Positions 12,701-25,978 of a stretch of 64,000 nt of DNA are shown here, one piece after another. Origin of the DNA: Trichinella spiralis. Lineage: Eukaryota. The stretch covers positions 2,393,346 through 2,457,345 of the forward strand of contig NW_003526940.1 of NCBI RefSeq assembly GCF_000181795.1. The letters run 5' to 3'. Position 1 is the first letter of the stretch, and every line of letters begins with the position of its first letter. Both the position numbers and the translations under genes were made by a program. Under the pieces are notes generated by a model, which was not told the origin of the DNA, made no database searches, and saw only the letters and a program-made list of their open reading frames with translations.

Positions 12701-14276
12701 AAAAATTTCATAAGTACCTGGTTTATAATAATTACACTGAATAATACATTACAATCATAAATAATAAAATGTATTTCACACTTTAACAGCAGACAACACT
12801 ACAGCAGCGTTGGCGTGCGCGAGTCTTGGACAGACCCGTTCGCAAATGCTAAAACCAACAGTTGAATAATTAACAGAAACAAGAATATTTTAAAAATAAA
12901 CACCTCTGAGCCTCTCTTTCGTCTTTTGGAATATAATTTGCCAAAGAATCCAAAATAAATACCTGGCCCCACCTGAAATCAGAACATCAATTATTGTAAA
13001 TTAAATGCATATGTACATCGAAATCTGCATACTCTGTGCATTCATTTAAGGCGGTCAGTAATTTGTTCACCGTTTGTGAATTCATTTCCATCAACGGTTT
13101 CGGACTCATTTCATTGATTTCAGTCAACGCTGCCACTGCATTAGCGACCACCTATTGATACCAAACGCTCTCAGAAAATATCTCGGTGATTCAAAAGGAT
13201 AAAGATAAAATTTTCTTATACCATTGGATTGGAATCGGACATCAGCTCTTTTAATTGATCAAGAAAACCCTGATCTTCGACAAGTTCAGCGTTGATGTCG
13301 TACAATTTGACAACACAAACTGCAGCGGTTTTTCGTACATATGGATCTTCATCTTTCAAACATTTGCGCAAAGGATCACACAAATATTCTGTAATTTTAT
13401 CCACTCGAATGCATCCCATTGTTCGAACTGCAAGTGCTCGAATCAATGGATTCGGATCTTCGCAATCCTGTTTTAAAGGTACACTTTATCAAATAAGTAT
13501 AATAATAATATAAAAAATAGCAAATATTTCTGCTTGGACATTAATCCACGTGCAAAATAAAACAATACATTTGTTGATACATATGAACTACTTGCTTGAA
13601 ATTGTGGTGCAAATTATACATATATATATATACTGCAAAAAATGTAAGATCACTTTTATTTCAAAAATAAATTACTGATTTTCAAAAAAATCAAATACAA
13701 TATAAAGTTTCACTTACAAAAGATTCAATTTACATTTATTTGAAATTGAAAAACAGCCATTTCAAATGAGCAACTCATGCGCAGTGCAGAAAAAATTTGC
13801 CCTTCACTATTGCACAGTTTATAGGTATGAATAAAGTGAAAAACAAATAAAAGAGCACTTTTCACTCACTTTTACAAAAGTATTCACTGCCATAATAGCT
13901 AAATCGGGTTGTGTCTTAGCGTAGTTCATCAAATACAGATAAACGAGCTTTTTCAGTTCCAAATTATCCGTCTGCATGCAGTTCACTACATCAGGGAATA
14001 GTGCACTGAAAATGAAATAAATGCATACAAATAATCGCTTTGCAAAAAAATCATTATTATTTTCATCACCTGACATCCTTTCCAACAGTCATGCTGGCTA
14101 TTACTTTTTTTACAGCTTCTTTCTTCTTTTCTTTTCTATCACTATTCAGCTCGCTCTTCAGTTCAAATATTTCTCCTGAACATTATACAGAAGTAATTAA
14201 TTAATCAATATACGCAAAATAACCAATAATTCGACAAACCTTTTTTTGTGGTGGTAAAATACTTTGAATCACTCAT
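9770..14276 (-). CDS. AP2B1: AP-1/AP-2 adaptor complex beta subunit (beta-adaptin), multi-exon, complete
   Basis: [13 protein letters not shown] start; [52 protein letters not shown]; hinge with DLLNLDL; ear domain ending ...FVTILQA*. AP1B1 and AP2B1 cannot be distinguished (invertebrates typically have one shared beta). Confidence 0.95.
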
Positions 14277-15434
14277 CTTCCAGAGTTTAAAATAAAAATC
14301 TAAAGCAACGTGATATTAATAAATGAACAAACATCTATTTTACAATTCAATATTACAATATTTAGAAGAATATATAAAATTATGAAACAAAAATTAAACA
14401 CTTGAGAAGTCGCGTCATTTTAATAATAATCAGCAGTATACCTATGGAAACTTTAAAAAATCTCATTCTATTAATTAAAAAGTATAATTATGGTATAAGA
14501 TATAAAGTAAAAGTTTACTTATCAAGTAACGTATACCAAAAATTGCCCTCAAAATGAGATGTTTCATCGAAAAGTATAAGAAACAGTTGAAAAATTATTC
14601 AAACATCATAATAAATTTCCATTATTTCAAAATAAAAAATCTTCTCAAAGCTGCAGAATTCTAAATATTCTACTACTTTACATAATTAAAAATGTTTAAA
14701 ATAAAACATAAAATATGGGCTCATTCTTGTACTGTTGAAAATTTCATTACCTCAAGGAAGTATGTTTAAAAACTTTATGCACGAATAAAACTGATAATAG
14801 AAAAAACAGATGACCTAAACCAACGAGCTAAAACCTATTCAACCAATAGCCAAATTATTGATGTGTTACAGTTTTTATTGTGCAGGTTTGCTTTTCTGAA
14901 GTGACCTACTGTAACAATGATGATGAGTTTGGATAATATTATTAATGAACAAAAAACGGGTTTCATCTTTACAAGTAATAAAAAGATCAAGACATTGCAT
15001 TACAGCTAGTCATTTTTTACATTTTACAGATAATTTTCCTTTAAACTGCATATTTCAGAATGAACTAGTCTGGCTATTTTAAATAGTTGACATAATTGTA
15101 GAGAATATTTTAAAACTTTTTTTTCAAATAATAAAATAAAAAGAAAACTCTACAAGGAATTTTAAAAGTATTAATTTTGTGCAATCATTAAAATTTCTTT
15201 ATTTTGGAATCAGAAATGTATCTTTGTTAATGACGTTTCAGCTGTAAATTATTAAACATGCTTGAAAATTTGAATATAATCCTTATTTATTAGTATAATT
15301 TTAAATGTCTTATAAAAATATTTGCATATAAAAAACGCTGTAGCAAAACAATGATAAACCTGAATTCTTAAAACATACTGTAAACAATGATGGATGAAGT
15401 GTTTTGTCTTTTGTAAGTTGCTTGTTTTGCAGAG

Positions 15435-17048
15435 ATGGAGTATCAGCATATGAGCAATGGTGATTGTGTCAATCATGAACATTTACCGAATTCTCTGTTG
15501 ATTGATGTGATAAATGAAAATTCTGCTGGGAAAGAAGTCTACTTGGAAAGATTTGTAAGTTTGCCTAGCACAAACACTACGGTTATGAACTTTTAATATA
15601 ATTGTTTGCATAAAGTAATTTATTATTATTTCTGCAAAAGTAGTGAAACTTATTCAGGTTGATGAACTTTTTGCAAAATAATAAAAAGCTTTTAGGATTT
15701 GGAAGAGTACATCAAGGTGTACAGCGGTTATGCAGAATTGCATCGACTTTTGTTTATTGCAAACCGATGTCCATCTTCACGTGCTCAAGCGCTGCTGTTG
15801 GCTTTGCAGAAGGTCAAACTTACCAGTAACTATCATTTGTACAGCGTAATTCATGGGAAACTTACTGAACTGAGCAAGAAAAGGTGTTTCATTTTTTGTT
15901 TACTTTTTAAACAATTATTAATAGCATGTATTCTAGGAGCTTTTTGGGCGAAACGGCCATAACTGTCCCACCATTTGATGCTGATTGGTTTGAGGTTCAG
16001 AAGCGAAAAGCGAAAGCAAAATTTGAAAAACTTGACCAAGAATTGAACGTTTATCGTTGCAATAGTATTAAAGAAAGCATTCGGTAATTTCTTTCAAACC
16101 CTTTTATTAATGATATTGGTAAGTTTTCGATTCATTCAGACGTGGTTTTCTATATCTTGGCGAGCATCATTTGGAAATGGGAGAATTGGGTAAAGCTTAC
16201 AAATGTGCTTCTAAAGCAATACAGCATTGTTGTGACAAAACGACAATGCTGTCAGCGCAGCTGACTTTTATCAAAGTAAGTGTTGGATTTTAAAATTACA
16301 TCCTTTTGTGATGAAATACTTACAGTTATGCATATACACACAACGCTGGTCTGAGGTAATTTCCGTCAGCGAAGCTGCTATTGCAACAATTGAAAGTGAG
16401 GTAAAAAAAATTTTGACATTTTTGAATAACTTAAGGTATTTAAAAAAACATAAAGCATTTGGTGCGGTATTTTACTTAATTCCTGATTTAATAATTTATG
16501 AAAAGTTCATTATTCTTATTATTATTATTTTGAATATTTCGTTCAATTTTAGAATGAAAGGTCAAGAAGTTTGATGCCTTACCTGGGCAAATTGTACGCA
16601 GCGAAAGGAATAGCATATTTGTGTGAAGGGGAATTCAAGAAATCAGCACATGCTTTTTTGAAAGTGGACATTGAAAACTTTTTATTTCCCGAAGTATGGT
16701 CGAACAGTTTTTGAATTTTGAAATGAAATAATATTTGTGAATAATAATTTAAAATTATTGAACTAATTTTTATTTGTTTATTTTTTATGTTATCTCAACT
16801 GAACATATTGCTCTGTATTGTGGAATTTGTGCATTGGCCACTTTTGAACGCGCGAGTTTGAAGAATGACGTTTTGAAGGAGAAAATGGCTTCCAAATGTG
16901 ACGCCGAGCAGCTGGAAGAAATATCAAAGTTTTCTTTAATTTTTGTTTAAAAAATAAGCAAAATTTAATGAAAAATAAACTTTGATTTTAGAGAACGGAA
17001 ATTGATGGAAGAGAACTTGATTGTTCGGAAATTCTGCAACCATACATA
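15435..17048 (+). CDS. GPS1: CSN1/GPS1 5' part, truncated by the N gap (redundant copy)
   Basis: DLEEYIKVYSGYAELHRLLFIANRCP; near-identical to 20126-21744. Confidence 0.8.
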
Positions 17049-17058
17049 NNNNNNNNNN

Positions 17059-18976
17059 ACACTAGGTCAATATCAGCTTGGGATGGTAAGCGAATCATGA
17101 TGTCCAGCTTTTCCAATTTTTACATAAATTGGATCGTTGTATTTCACAAAAGATACTCTCGTACCAAGGTTCATACGATCAGGCACACGTGAATGCATGA
17201 AAGAACTCCTTTAGCATTTTCATAATCAGTTAAAGGAAACAACATCAACAACAAATACATCTTCTGTACGATCAAATTAATATTCGGTAAAGCGACGTAT
17301 TGTATTTCAGTCTCGGCGGATAGAAGTGTCACAAGCGGTGGAGCCATCTTTTTCACCAGCATATTTACAAAATCAGTGTCGGAAACGATTGCTTTCAAAA
17401 ATTTCATAAGTACCCGGTTTATAATAATTACACTGAATAATACATTACAATCATAAATAATAAAATGTATTTCACACTTTAACAGCAGACAACACTACAG
17501 CAGCGTTGGCGTGCGCGAGTCTTGGACAGACCCGTTCGCAAATGCTAAAACCAACAATTGAATAATTAACAGAAACAAGAATATTTTAAAAATAAACACC
17601 TCTGAGCCTCTCTTTCGTCTTTTGGAATATAATTTGCCAAAGAATCCAAAATAAATACCTGGCCCCACCTGAAATCAGAACATCAATTATTGTAAATTAA
17701 ATGCATATGTACATCGAAATCTGCATACTCTGTGCATTCATTTAAGGCGGTCAGTAATTTGTTCACCGTTTGTGAATTCATTTCCATCAACGGTTTCGGA
17801 CTCATTTCATTGATTTCAGTCAACGCTGCCACTGCATTAGCGACCACCTATTGATACCAAGCGCTCTCAGAAAATATCTCGGTGATTCAAAAGGATAAAG
17901 ATAAAATTTTCTTATACCATTGGATTGGAATCGGACATTAGCTCTTTTAATTGATCAAGAAAACCCTGATCTTCGACAAGTTCAGCGTTGATGTCGTACA
18001 ATTTGACAACACAAACTGCAGCGGTTTTTCGTACATATGGATCTTCATCTTTCAAACATTTGCGCAAAGGATCACACAAATATTCTGTAATTTTATCCAC
18101 TCGAATGCATCCCATTGTTCGAACTGCAAGTGCTCGAATCAATGGATTCGGATCTTCGCAATCCTGTTTTAAAGGTACACTTTATAAAATAAATATAATA
18201 ATAATATACAAAATAGCAAATATTTCTGCTTGGACATTAATCCACGTGCAAAATAAAATATTACATTTGTTGATACATATGAACAACCTGCTTGAAATTG
18301 TGGTGCAAATTATACATATATATATATATATACTGCAAAAAATGTAAGATAACTTTTATTTCAAAAATAAATTACTGATTTTCAAAAAAATCAAATACAA
18401 TATAAAGTTTCACTTACAAAAGATTCAATTTACATTTATTTGAAATTGAAAAACAGCCATTTCAAATGAGCAACTCATGCGCAGTGCAGAAAAAATTTGC
18501 CCTTCACTATTGCACAGTTTATAGGTATGAATAAAGTGAAAAACAAATAAAAGAGCACTTTTCACTCACTTTTACAAAAGTATTCACTGCCATAATAGCT
18601 AAATCGGGTTGTGTCTTAGCGTAGTTCATCAAATACAGATAAACGAGCTTTTTCAGTTCCAAATTATCCGTCTGCATGCAGTTCACTACATCAGGGAATA
18701 GTGCACTGAAAATGAAATAAATGCATACAAATAATCGCTTTGCAAAAAAATCATTATTATTTTCATCACCTGACATCCTTTCCAACAGTCATGCTGGCTA
18801 TTACTTTTTTTACAGCTTCTTTCTTCTTTTCTTTTCTATCACTATTCAGCTCGCTCTTCAGTTCAAATATTTCTCCTGAACATTGTACAAAAGTAATTAA
18901 TTAATCAATATACGCAAAATAACCAATAATTCGACAAACCTTTTTTTGTGGTGGTAAAATACTTTGAATCACTCAT
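17059..18976 (-). CDS. AP2B1: Beta-adaptin 5' half, duplicated copy truncated at the gap
   Basis: Same exons as 12364-14276; degraded near the gap. Confidence 0.75.
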
Positions 18977-20125
18977 CTTCCAGAGTTTAAAATAAAAATC
19001 TAAAGCAACGTGATATTAATAAATGAACAAACATCTATTTTACAATTAAATATTACAATATTTAGAAGAATATATAAAATTATGAAACAAAAATTAAATA
19101 CATGAGAAGTCGCGTCATTTTAATAATAATCAGCAGTATACCTTTAAAAAATCTCATTCTATTAATTAAAAAGTATAATTATGGTATAAGATATAAAGTA
19201 AAAGTTTACTTATCAAGTAACGTATACCAAAAATTGCCCTCAAAATGAGATGTTTCATCGAAAAGTATAAGAAACAGTTGAAAAATTATTCAAACATCAT
19301 AATAAATTTCCATTATTTCAAAATAAAAAATCTTCTCAAAGCTGCAGAATTCTAAATATTCTACTACTTCACATAATTAAAAATGTTTAAAATAAAACAT
19401 AAAATATGGGCTCATTCTTGTACTGTTGAAAATTTCATTACCTCAAGGAAGTATGTTTAAAAACTTTATGCACGAATAAAACTGATAATAGTAAAAACAG
19501 ATGACCTAAACCAACGAGCTAAAACCTATTCAACCAATAGCCAAATTATTGATGTGTTACAGTTTTTATTGTGCAGGTTTGCTTTTCTGAAGTGACCTAC
19601 TGTAACAATGATGATGAGTTTGGATAATATTATTAATGAACAAAAAACGGGTTTCATCTTTACAAGTAATAAAAAGATCAAGACATTGCATTACAGCTAG
19701 TCATTTTTTACATTTTACAGATAATTTTCCTTTAAACTGCATATTTCAGAATGAACTAGTCTGGCTATTTTAAATAGTTGACATAATTGTAGAGAATATT
19801 TTAAAACTTTTTTTTCAAATAATAAAATAAAAAGAAAACTCTACAAGGAATTTTAAAAGTATTAATTTTGTGCAATCATTAAAATTTCTTTATTTTGGAA
19901 TCAGAAATGTATCTTTGTTAATGACGTTTCAGCTGTAAATTATTAAACATGCTTGAAAATTTGAATATAATCCTTATTTATTAGTATAATTTTAAATGTC
20001 TTATAAAAATATTTGCATATAAAAAACGCTGTAGCAAAACAATGATAAACCTGAATTCTTAAAACATACTGTAAACAATGATGGATGAAGTGTTTTGTCT
20101 TTTGTAAGTTGCTTGTTTTGCAGAG

Positions 20126-22438
20126 ATGGAGTATCAGCATATGAGCAATGGTGATTGTGTCAATCATGAACATTTACCGAATTCTCTGTTGATTGATGTG
20201 ATAAATGAAAATTCTGCTGGGAAAGAAGTCTACTTGGAAAGATTTGTAAGTTTGCCTATCACAAACACTACGGTTATGAACTTTTAATATAGTTGTTTGC
20301 ATAAAGTAATTTATTATTATTTGTGCAAAAGTAGTGAAACTTGTTCAGGTTGATGAACTTTTTACAAAACAATAAAAAGCTTTTAGGATTTGGAAGAGTA
20401 CATCAAGGTGTACAGCGGTTATGCAGAATTGCATCGACTTTTGTTTATTGCAAACCGATGTCCATCCTTACGTGCTCAAGCGCTGCTGTTGGCTTTGCAG
20501 AAGGTCAAACTTACCAGTAATTATCATTTGTACAGCGTAATTCATGGGAAACTTACTGAACTGAGCAAGAAAAGGTGTTTCATTTTTTGTTTACTTTTTA
20601 AACAATTATTAATAGCATGTATTCTAGGAGCTTTTTGGGCGAAACGGCCATAACTGTCCCACCATTTGATGCTGATTGGTTTGAGGTTCAGAAGCGAAAA
20701 GCGAAAGCAAAATTTGAAAAACTTGACCAAGAATTGAACGTTTATCGTTGCAATAGTATTAAAGAAAGCATTCGGTAATTTCTTTCAAACCCTTTTATTA
20801 ATGATATTGGTAAGTTTTCGATTCATTCAGACGTGGTTTTCTATATCTTGGCGAGCATCATTTGGAAATGGGAGAATTGGGTAAAGCTTACAAATGTGCT
20901 TCTAAAGCAATACAGCATTGTTGTGACAAAACGACAATGCTGTCAGCGCAGCTGACTTTTATCAAAGTAAGTGTTGGATTTTAAAATTACATCCTTTTGT
21001 GATGAAATACTTACAGTTATGCATATACACACAACGCTGGTCTGAGGTAATTTCCGTCAGCGAAGCTGCTATTGCAACAATTGAAAGTGAGGTAAAAAAA
21101 ATTTTGACATTTTTGAATAACTTAAGGTATTTAAAAAAACATAAAGCATTTGGTGCGGTATTTTACTTAATTCCTGATTTAATAATTTATGAAAAGTTCA
21201 TTATTCTTATTATTATTATTATTTTGAATATTTCGTTCAATTTTAGAATGAAAGGTCAAGAAGTTTGATGCCTTACCTGGGCAAATTGTACGCAGCGAAA
21301 GGAATAGCATATTTGTGTGAAGGGGAATTCAAGAAATCAGCACATGCTTTTTTGAAAGTGGACATTGAAAACTTTTTATTTCCCGAAGTATGGTCGAACA
21401 GTTTTTGAATTTTGAAATAAAATAATATTTGTGAATAATAATTTAAAATTATTGAACTAATTTTTCTTTGTTTATTTTTTTATGTTATCTCAACTGAACA
21501 TATTGCTCTGTATTGTGGAATTTGTGCGTTGGCCACTTTTGAACGCGCTAGTTTGAAGAATGACGTTTTGAAGGAGAAAATGGCTTCCAAATGTGACGCC
21601 GAGCAGTTGGAAGAAATATCAAAGTTTTCTTTAATTTTTGTTTAAAAAATAAGCAAAATTTAATGAAAAATAAACTTTGATTTTAGAGAACGGAAATTGA
21701 TGGAAGAGAACTTGATTGTTCGGGAAATTCTGCAAACATACATAGACTGTCAGTACAAAAAACTTTTTTCGTTGTTAGATTCTATCAGGGTATGTTAATA
21801 GATCTGACTTGATCAATTGATATTATTTCAATTTATGATTGTTTTTATATTTTCTTTTAAAGGCATATTTGAGTATCGATGTATACATTGAACCCCACGT
21901 GAACAGTTTGTACATGAGGATTCGAAATCGAAGTTTTGCACAAGTTCGACATTTTTCGATTTTTACATCGTAAGATGGAAATTGATGGAATTTATGTTCA
22001 TTTTTTAGTTTTTGTATCCATATTCATCGGTCAGTATGCAGACAATGGCGTCCACTTTTGACACTAGCGTTGAAGAAATTGAGAGGCAGTTAATATTATT
22101 GATCGAAGCTGGTTACATAACGGACAGAGTAATCGACAGTGTTGACAAATATATTTATATGCGAAAACCTGACCCTCGACATGTATTAGCTCAAAAAGCT
22201 GACATACAGTTGCGCAAGCTTAGACGCTTGGTTGAGGTAAATTTGTATGTGTTGTATAATCTTTGCTTAATTACAGTTTTGTTGTTGTTTGTAGACGACA
22301 GTTATTCGTAATTTAATTCATCGAACGAACATAGCTTTTGTAAGTATTGTTGATGATTTTAGACGTGTGTATTTTTGACAATTATTTCAGAAATCAGAAG
22401 AACCGTTAATGGATCGCCGTCGAAATCACTGTGAATGA
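20126..22438 (+). CDS. GPS1: COP9 signalosome subunit 1 (PCI domain), multi-exon, complete
   Basis: RLLFIANRCP, NSIKESIRRG, FLFPE|VISTEHIALYCGICALATFER, and the PCI region YPYSSVSMQTMASTFDTSVEEIE...IDSVDK; ends ...RNHCE*. Confidence 0.9.
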
Positions 22439-22598
22439 ATAAATTGAGATGTTAATTTTTTAATTTTCATTTTTCTACTCACTTCATCAGCATAATATAA
22501 ACTATATAAATAATTCGACATTTTATAAAACGGAAATATGAAAAGTGTTTTTTTTTCTGAGTTGAGACTAATAATAAGAGCAGCATCTTCTTTCTATT

Positions 22599-23647
22599 TT
22601 ATGAGTTAATTTTTCTCGATATTTTATCCCAGATATCTTTGAAAACTACAGAAGCGTTACTTTCTGGATTCAGTTTGCAAAAATTTTTCCCATCCTCCAT
22701 GCATTGCGACAGACGAATTTCAATCGGCAATTGTCCTGTAGAAATAAATATTAAAATTTAATTGTATTTTTTATTGTTTGTTTATTTGTCAATTTACCTA
22801 AAAAATCAACTTGGTGTTGCTGGCAGAATTGCACTCCAGTATGGGAGGACAAAACGTTCGTCACGTGGTCACAGTACGGGCACAAGTATCCACTCATGTT
22901 TTCCACAACGCCGAGAATATTAATGCCTGTCACTTTGCAAAAGGAAATTTCGCGAGCAGCGTCAATCAACGACACTTCCTAATTAATTGGCAAATTGAAT
23001 TATTAAATTATTAATTTGGTTTGTCAATTATCACTTGTGGAGTGGTGACGATGACAGCACCTGCCAGATGCATATTTTCCAAATGCTGGACGACGGATAT
23101 GTGTTCGTCGCTTGTTCCCGGCGGTGTGTCGACAATCAAAAAGTCCACATCTCCCCAGTTCACTTTTTTTACAAATTGTTCCACCATGGCTGCGCAAATC
23201 AATCAATTGTAATGCATACAATAAAAGTGAACAATTGTTACCTTCTTTCTTCGGTCCACGCCAAATTATCGCTGAATCTTGGTTGTTTAACAGGAAACCA
23301 ACCGACATTACAGCCAATTTTTCTTCTTTATCCGCATAAACCGGAGTCCACCTTGTGACAAGTCAAATTACCATATCAAAATTATTTACTCAATTATTAT
23401 ATTACATATTTACTGAAGAATAAGTTTCTAGAATAAAAAGAATAAAGCAAACAACATACCCCAGAGGAGATTCATGGACAAGGTGATCTTTCAAGCCAAG
23501 AACGGTTGGAACGCTAGGACCGCACAAGTCCAGGTCCAATAATCCAACTTTGTACTGTTCACTGATCAACATCGCCAACTGACAAGCGAACGTGGTCTTT
23601 CCCACACCGCCTTTGCCGGAAAGAATTAAAATCACCTCTGCTGGCAT
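22599..23647 (-). CDS. NUBP2: Cytosolic Fe-S assembly P-loop NTPase NUBP2/Cfd1
   Basis: [49 protein letters not shown]. It has no N-terminal ferredoxin-like Cys cluster, which distinguishes it from NUBP1. Confidence 0.9.
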
Positions 23648-23982
23648 CTTGGTACAAAACACAAAAATTAACATTTCAACTTCAACCACAATTGTGAAAT
23701 AATCAACTGAATCAAAATCACACAGTTCATTGATATAAAATTGAAAATCCAATCCATCCCTGATATTGGTCTTTTTATTCCTCAAGTCAGTGTTCACTGT
23801 CGAAATGAATCATCATAAACGAAAATAAAACCGTGCATTGAGTAAGCATGTGGCAAAAACAAAAAATGTTCACCTCGTATGTATTTTTCACTGTCCCATT
23901 TCGGAGAGTGGAATTACACCGAGCTGCTGTTTAAACTGAACAGATCTTTGAAACAACTCGTACAAAGATAAATTTTATAAAT

Positions 23983-25120
23983 TCAAGTCTGTGGAACAGA
24001 TTCGCCTGGTTGACTGGTGGATTGACCACTGGATGCATCCCGGGATGAGGACCGACGACGACTGCCACGCGGAGTTTCAGAATGTTCCGGGACTTCGTCG
24101 TCTGGAAAATTCATCCATGACCATTCCACAACTTGCTGAACCCGCTTGTTGTATTCTTTCCGATTTTCTTGATACAACTGAGCAGCCACCGAATTAGCCG
24201 GAGAAGTCGGATTCGGTTCATCAAGAAGAGACTGAACAACGAAACTTTTCTCTTAATAACAATAAAACAACTATTTTAATAATACTTGAAGACTTGTCAA
24301 AATTGCTGCAACATCATAAGTGGGCGACCAACGATTCTGTAGAATATCCAAACAAATACTGCCATCGGAATAAACTACAAAAATTTGAAAAAAAGTTCCT
24401 AATCGAAAATGTCAATTAATTTCACCAATTGTCATTAATGAGCACCGTTTGGATGAAACATTTTTGATAGAAATTTTACGTTGGGAGGTTTATTCGGATA
24501 TTCTTCGGTAAATTCTAATATTACTTTAAAAGTGCCATCTTCAAAAGGAGAATCTTGAGGTCTAAAAGTAAAACCAACATTGGATCAAGAACAAAATTGT
24601 GAAATGCTCACCCAAAAATAATAGCTTGCCATATTAATATATTGTCTTCAGTCGGTGCACCACTAACACCAGAAGGTGGATCATCTTGAAGTCTAAACAA
24701 TACTCATTCAGTATATTTCCTGTTTCTTATTAATGAAATATTATTATTTAGTATACTAAAATATTATAAATTATTAAAATACATTTTTAAAATCTTACTT
24801 CATTACTAAACTATCTTTTTTACATTTAAAAGAAGCTTTAAAAAACATAAAATTTTACTTAAAAATATTATAACTGATACAATTCACAACTGCCCTTCTC
24901 TAAACAAACTTTTAAACAATTTAAAGATAAAGAAATGCAATTATGAAATTATATGCTTCTAATAATGCATACACATTCCAAATGATCAACATGTTAAAGA
25001 AGAAAAGAATAGAACATTTTACGTAATAAATCACTGAAATAAAATAAGAAGGATTTGTAGAAAATAAATTATTTGCCTTTTGAAATCACGCATCAAACGT
25101 CTTCTTGCCGGAGTGGACAT
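23983..25120 (-). CDS. UBE2A: Ubiquitin-conjugating enzyme Rad6/UBE2A-B (ubc-1) with C-terminal tail
   Basis: [21 protein letters not shown]...MFHPN...[19 protein letters not shown]...[12 protein letters not shown]. Confidence 0.95.
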
Positions 25121-25402
25121 TTCTAGTGCTTTAAATCATAATAATAAAAATCCACAATAAGAATAATAAATATTCAAAAAAAAATTTTTTTCATCATTAA
25201 ACTTCACCACTAAATTTCATCATTTAAAAAATTTTAAAAATACGTGCAGAAAAGTAATTAACATGTTCATACTATACTTAAAGAAAAATTCAGGCATTAA
25301 TAAATCAATCTGGTAAAAGTAAATAGTTTGCCATTAGACTACTAGTCATTTGCCGCAAAATTTATTATTTTATTTACGGCATGTTTTAATGGCAATTTTA
25401 TT

Positions 25403-25973
25403 TGTTGAGAAATCTTTTCTCTATACCTGCTCATCAGTACACAAAACTCCCTACGGTCAAAACATTGCGCCTAGTACGAAAACAACGGTGACGCAACGCC
25501 AGCTGCCTCCCTTGTTTTTCTCAACAGTAAACAATGGAATCGCAATTGAGCGGTAAACAGGTCAGCATCATGCTGTATACCTGCCACAACTGCGGTGGTC
25601 AGCTGTGGAAAAGGCGTCAAAGTGAAATGGTTCTGACAGCGCGGCTCTTCAGACCCAGCGAAGCCGCATAGTCTGAGCGATTGCGCAACCAAGCCGGTTT
25701 TCTAATTGTTTTTTCGAAGATTTAAGCCACCAGACGCGGAGTCCGGTCAAGAAAAATGTATAAATACGAGTGAGGAGGGAAAAAATACTACGGATCACGC
25801 CATCTATAAGATCGCTTGAACCACCTTTTGCTTGCTATCTCACTTTTCCATTCCTTGTTTGAACTGAATAAATCGAATTTCATCACACACCTTATTACTG
25901 ATTATCTATAAATAACATAAACAGTCCACTACAAAAAAGATCTTCAAGTTCGAACCAGAAAAATTTCACAACA
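25403..25973 (+). mobile_element. 5' LTR of a BEL/Pao element (571 bp)
   Basis: Imperfect terminal inverted repeats TGTTGAGAAAT / ATTTCACAACA; TATA-like ctataag ~25805; AATAAA 25867; followed by ttttt and a TGG primer-binding site. Confidence 0.75.
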
Positions 25974-25978
25974 TTTTT

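Larger units (their letters stand above)
12364..21744 (+). repeat. ~4.7-kb direct tandem duplication (12364-17048 vs 17059-21744) across an N gap
   Basis: Offset of ~4690-4700 bp between identical ORFs (13216/17912, 14276/18976, 15435/20126). Scattered SNPs, a 9-bp indel and error-rich sequence next to the gap. Confidence 0.95.
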
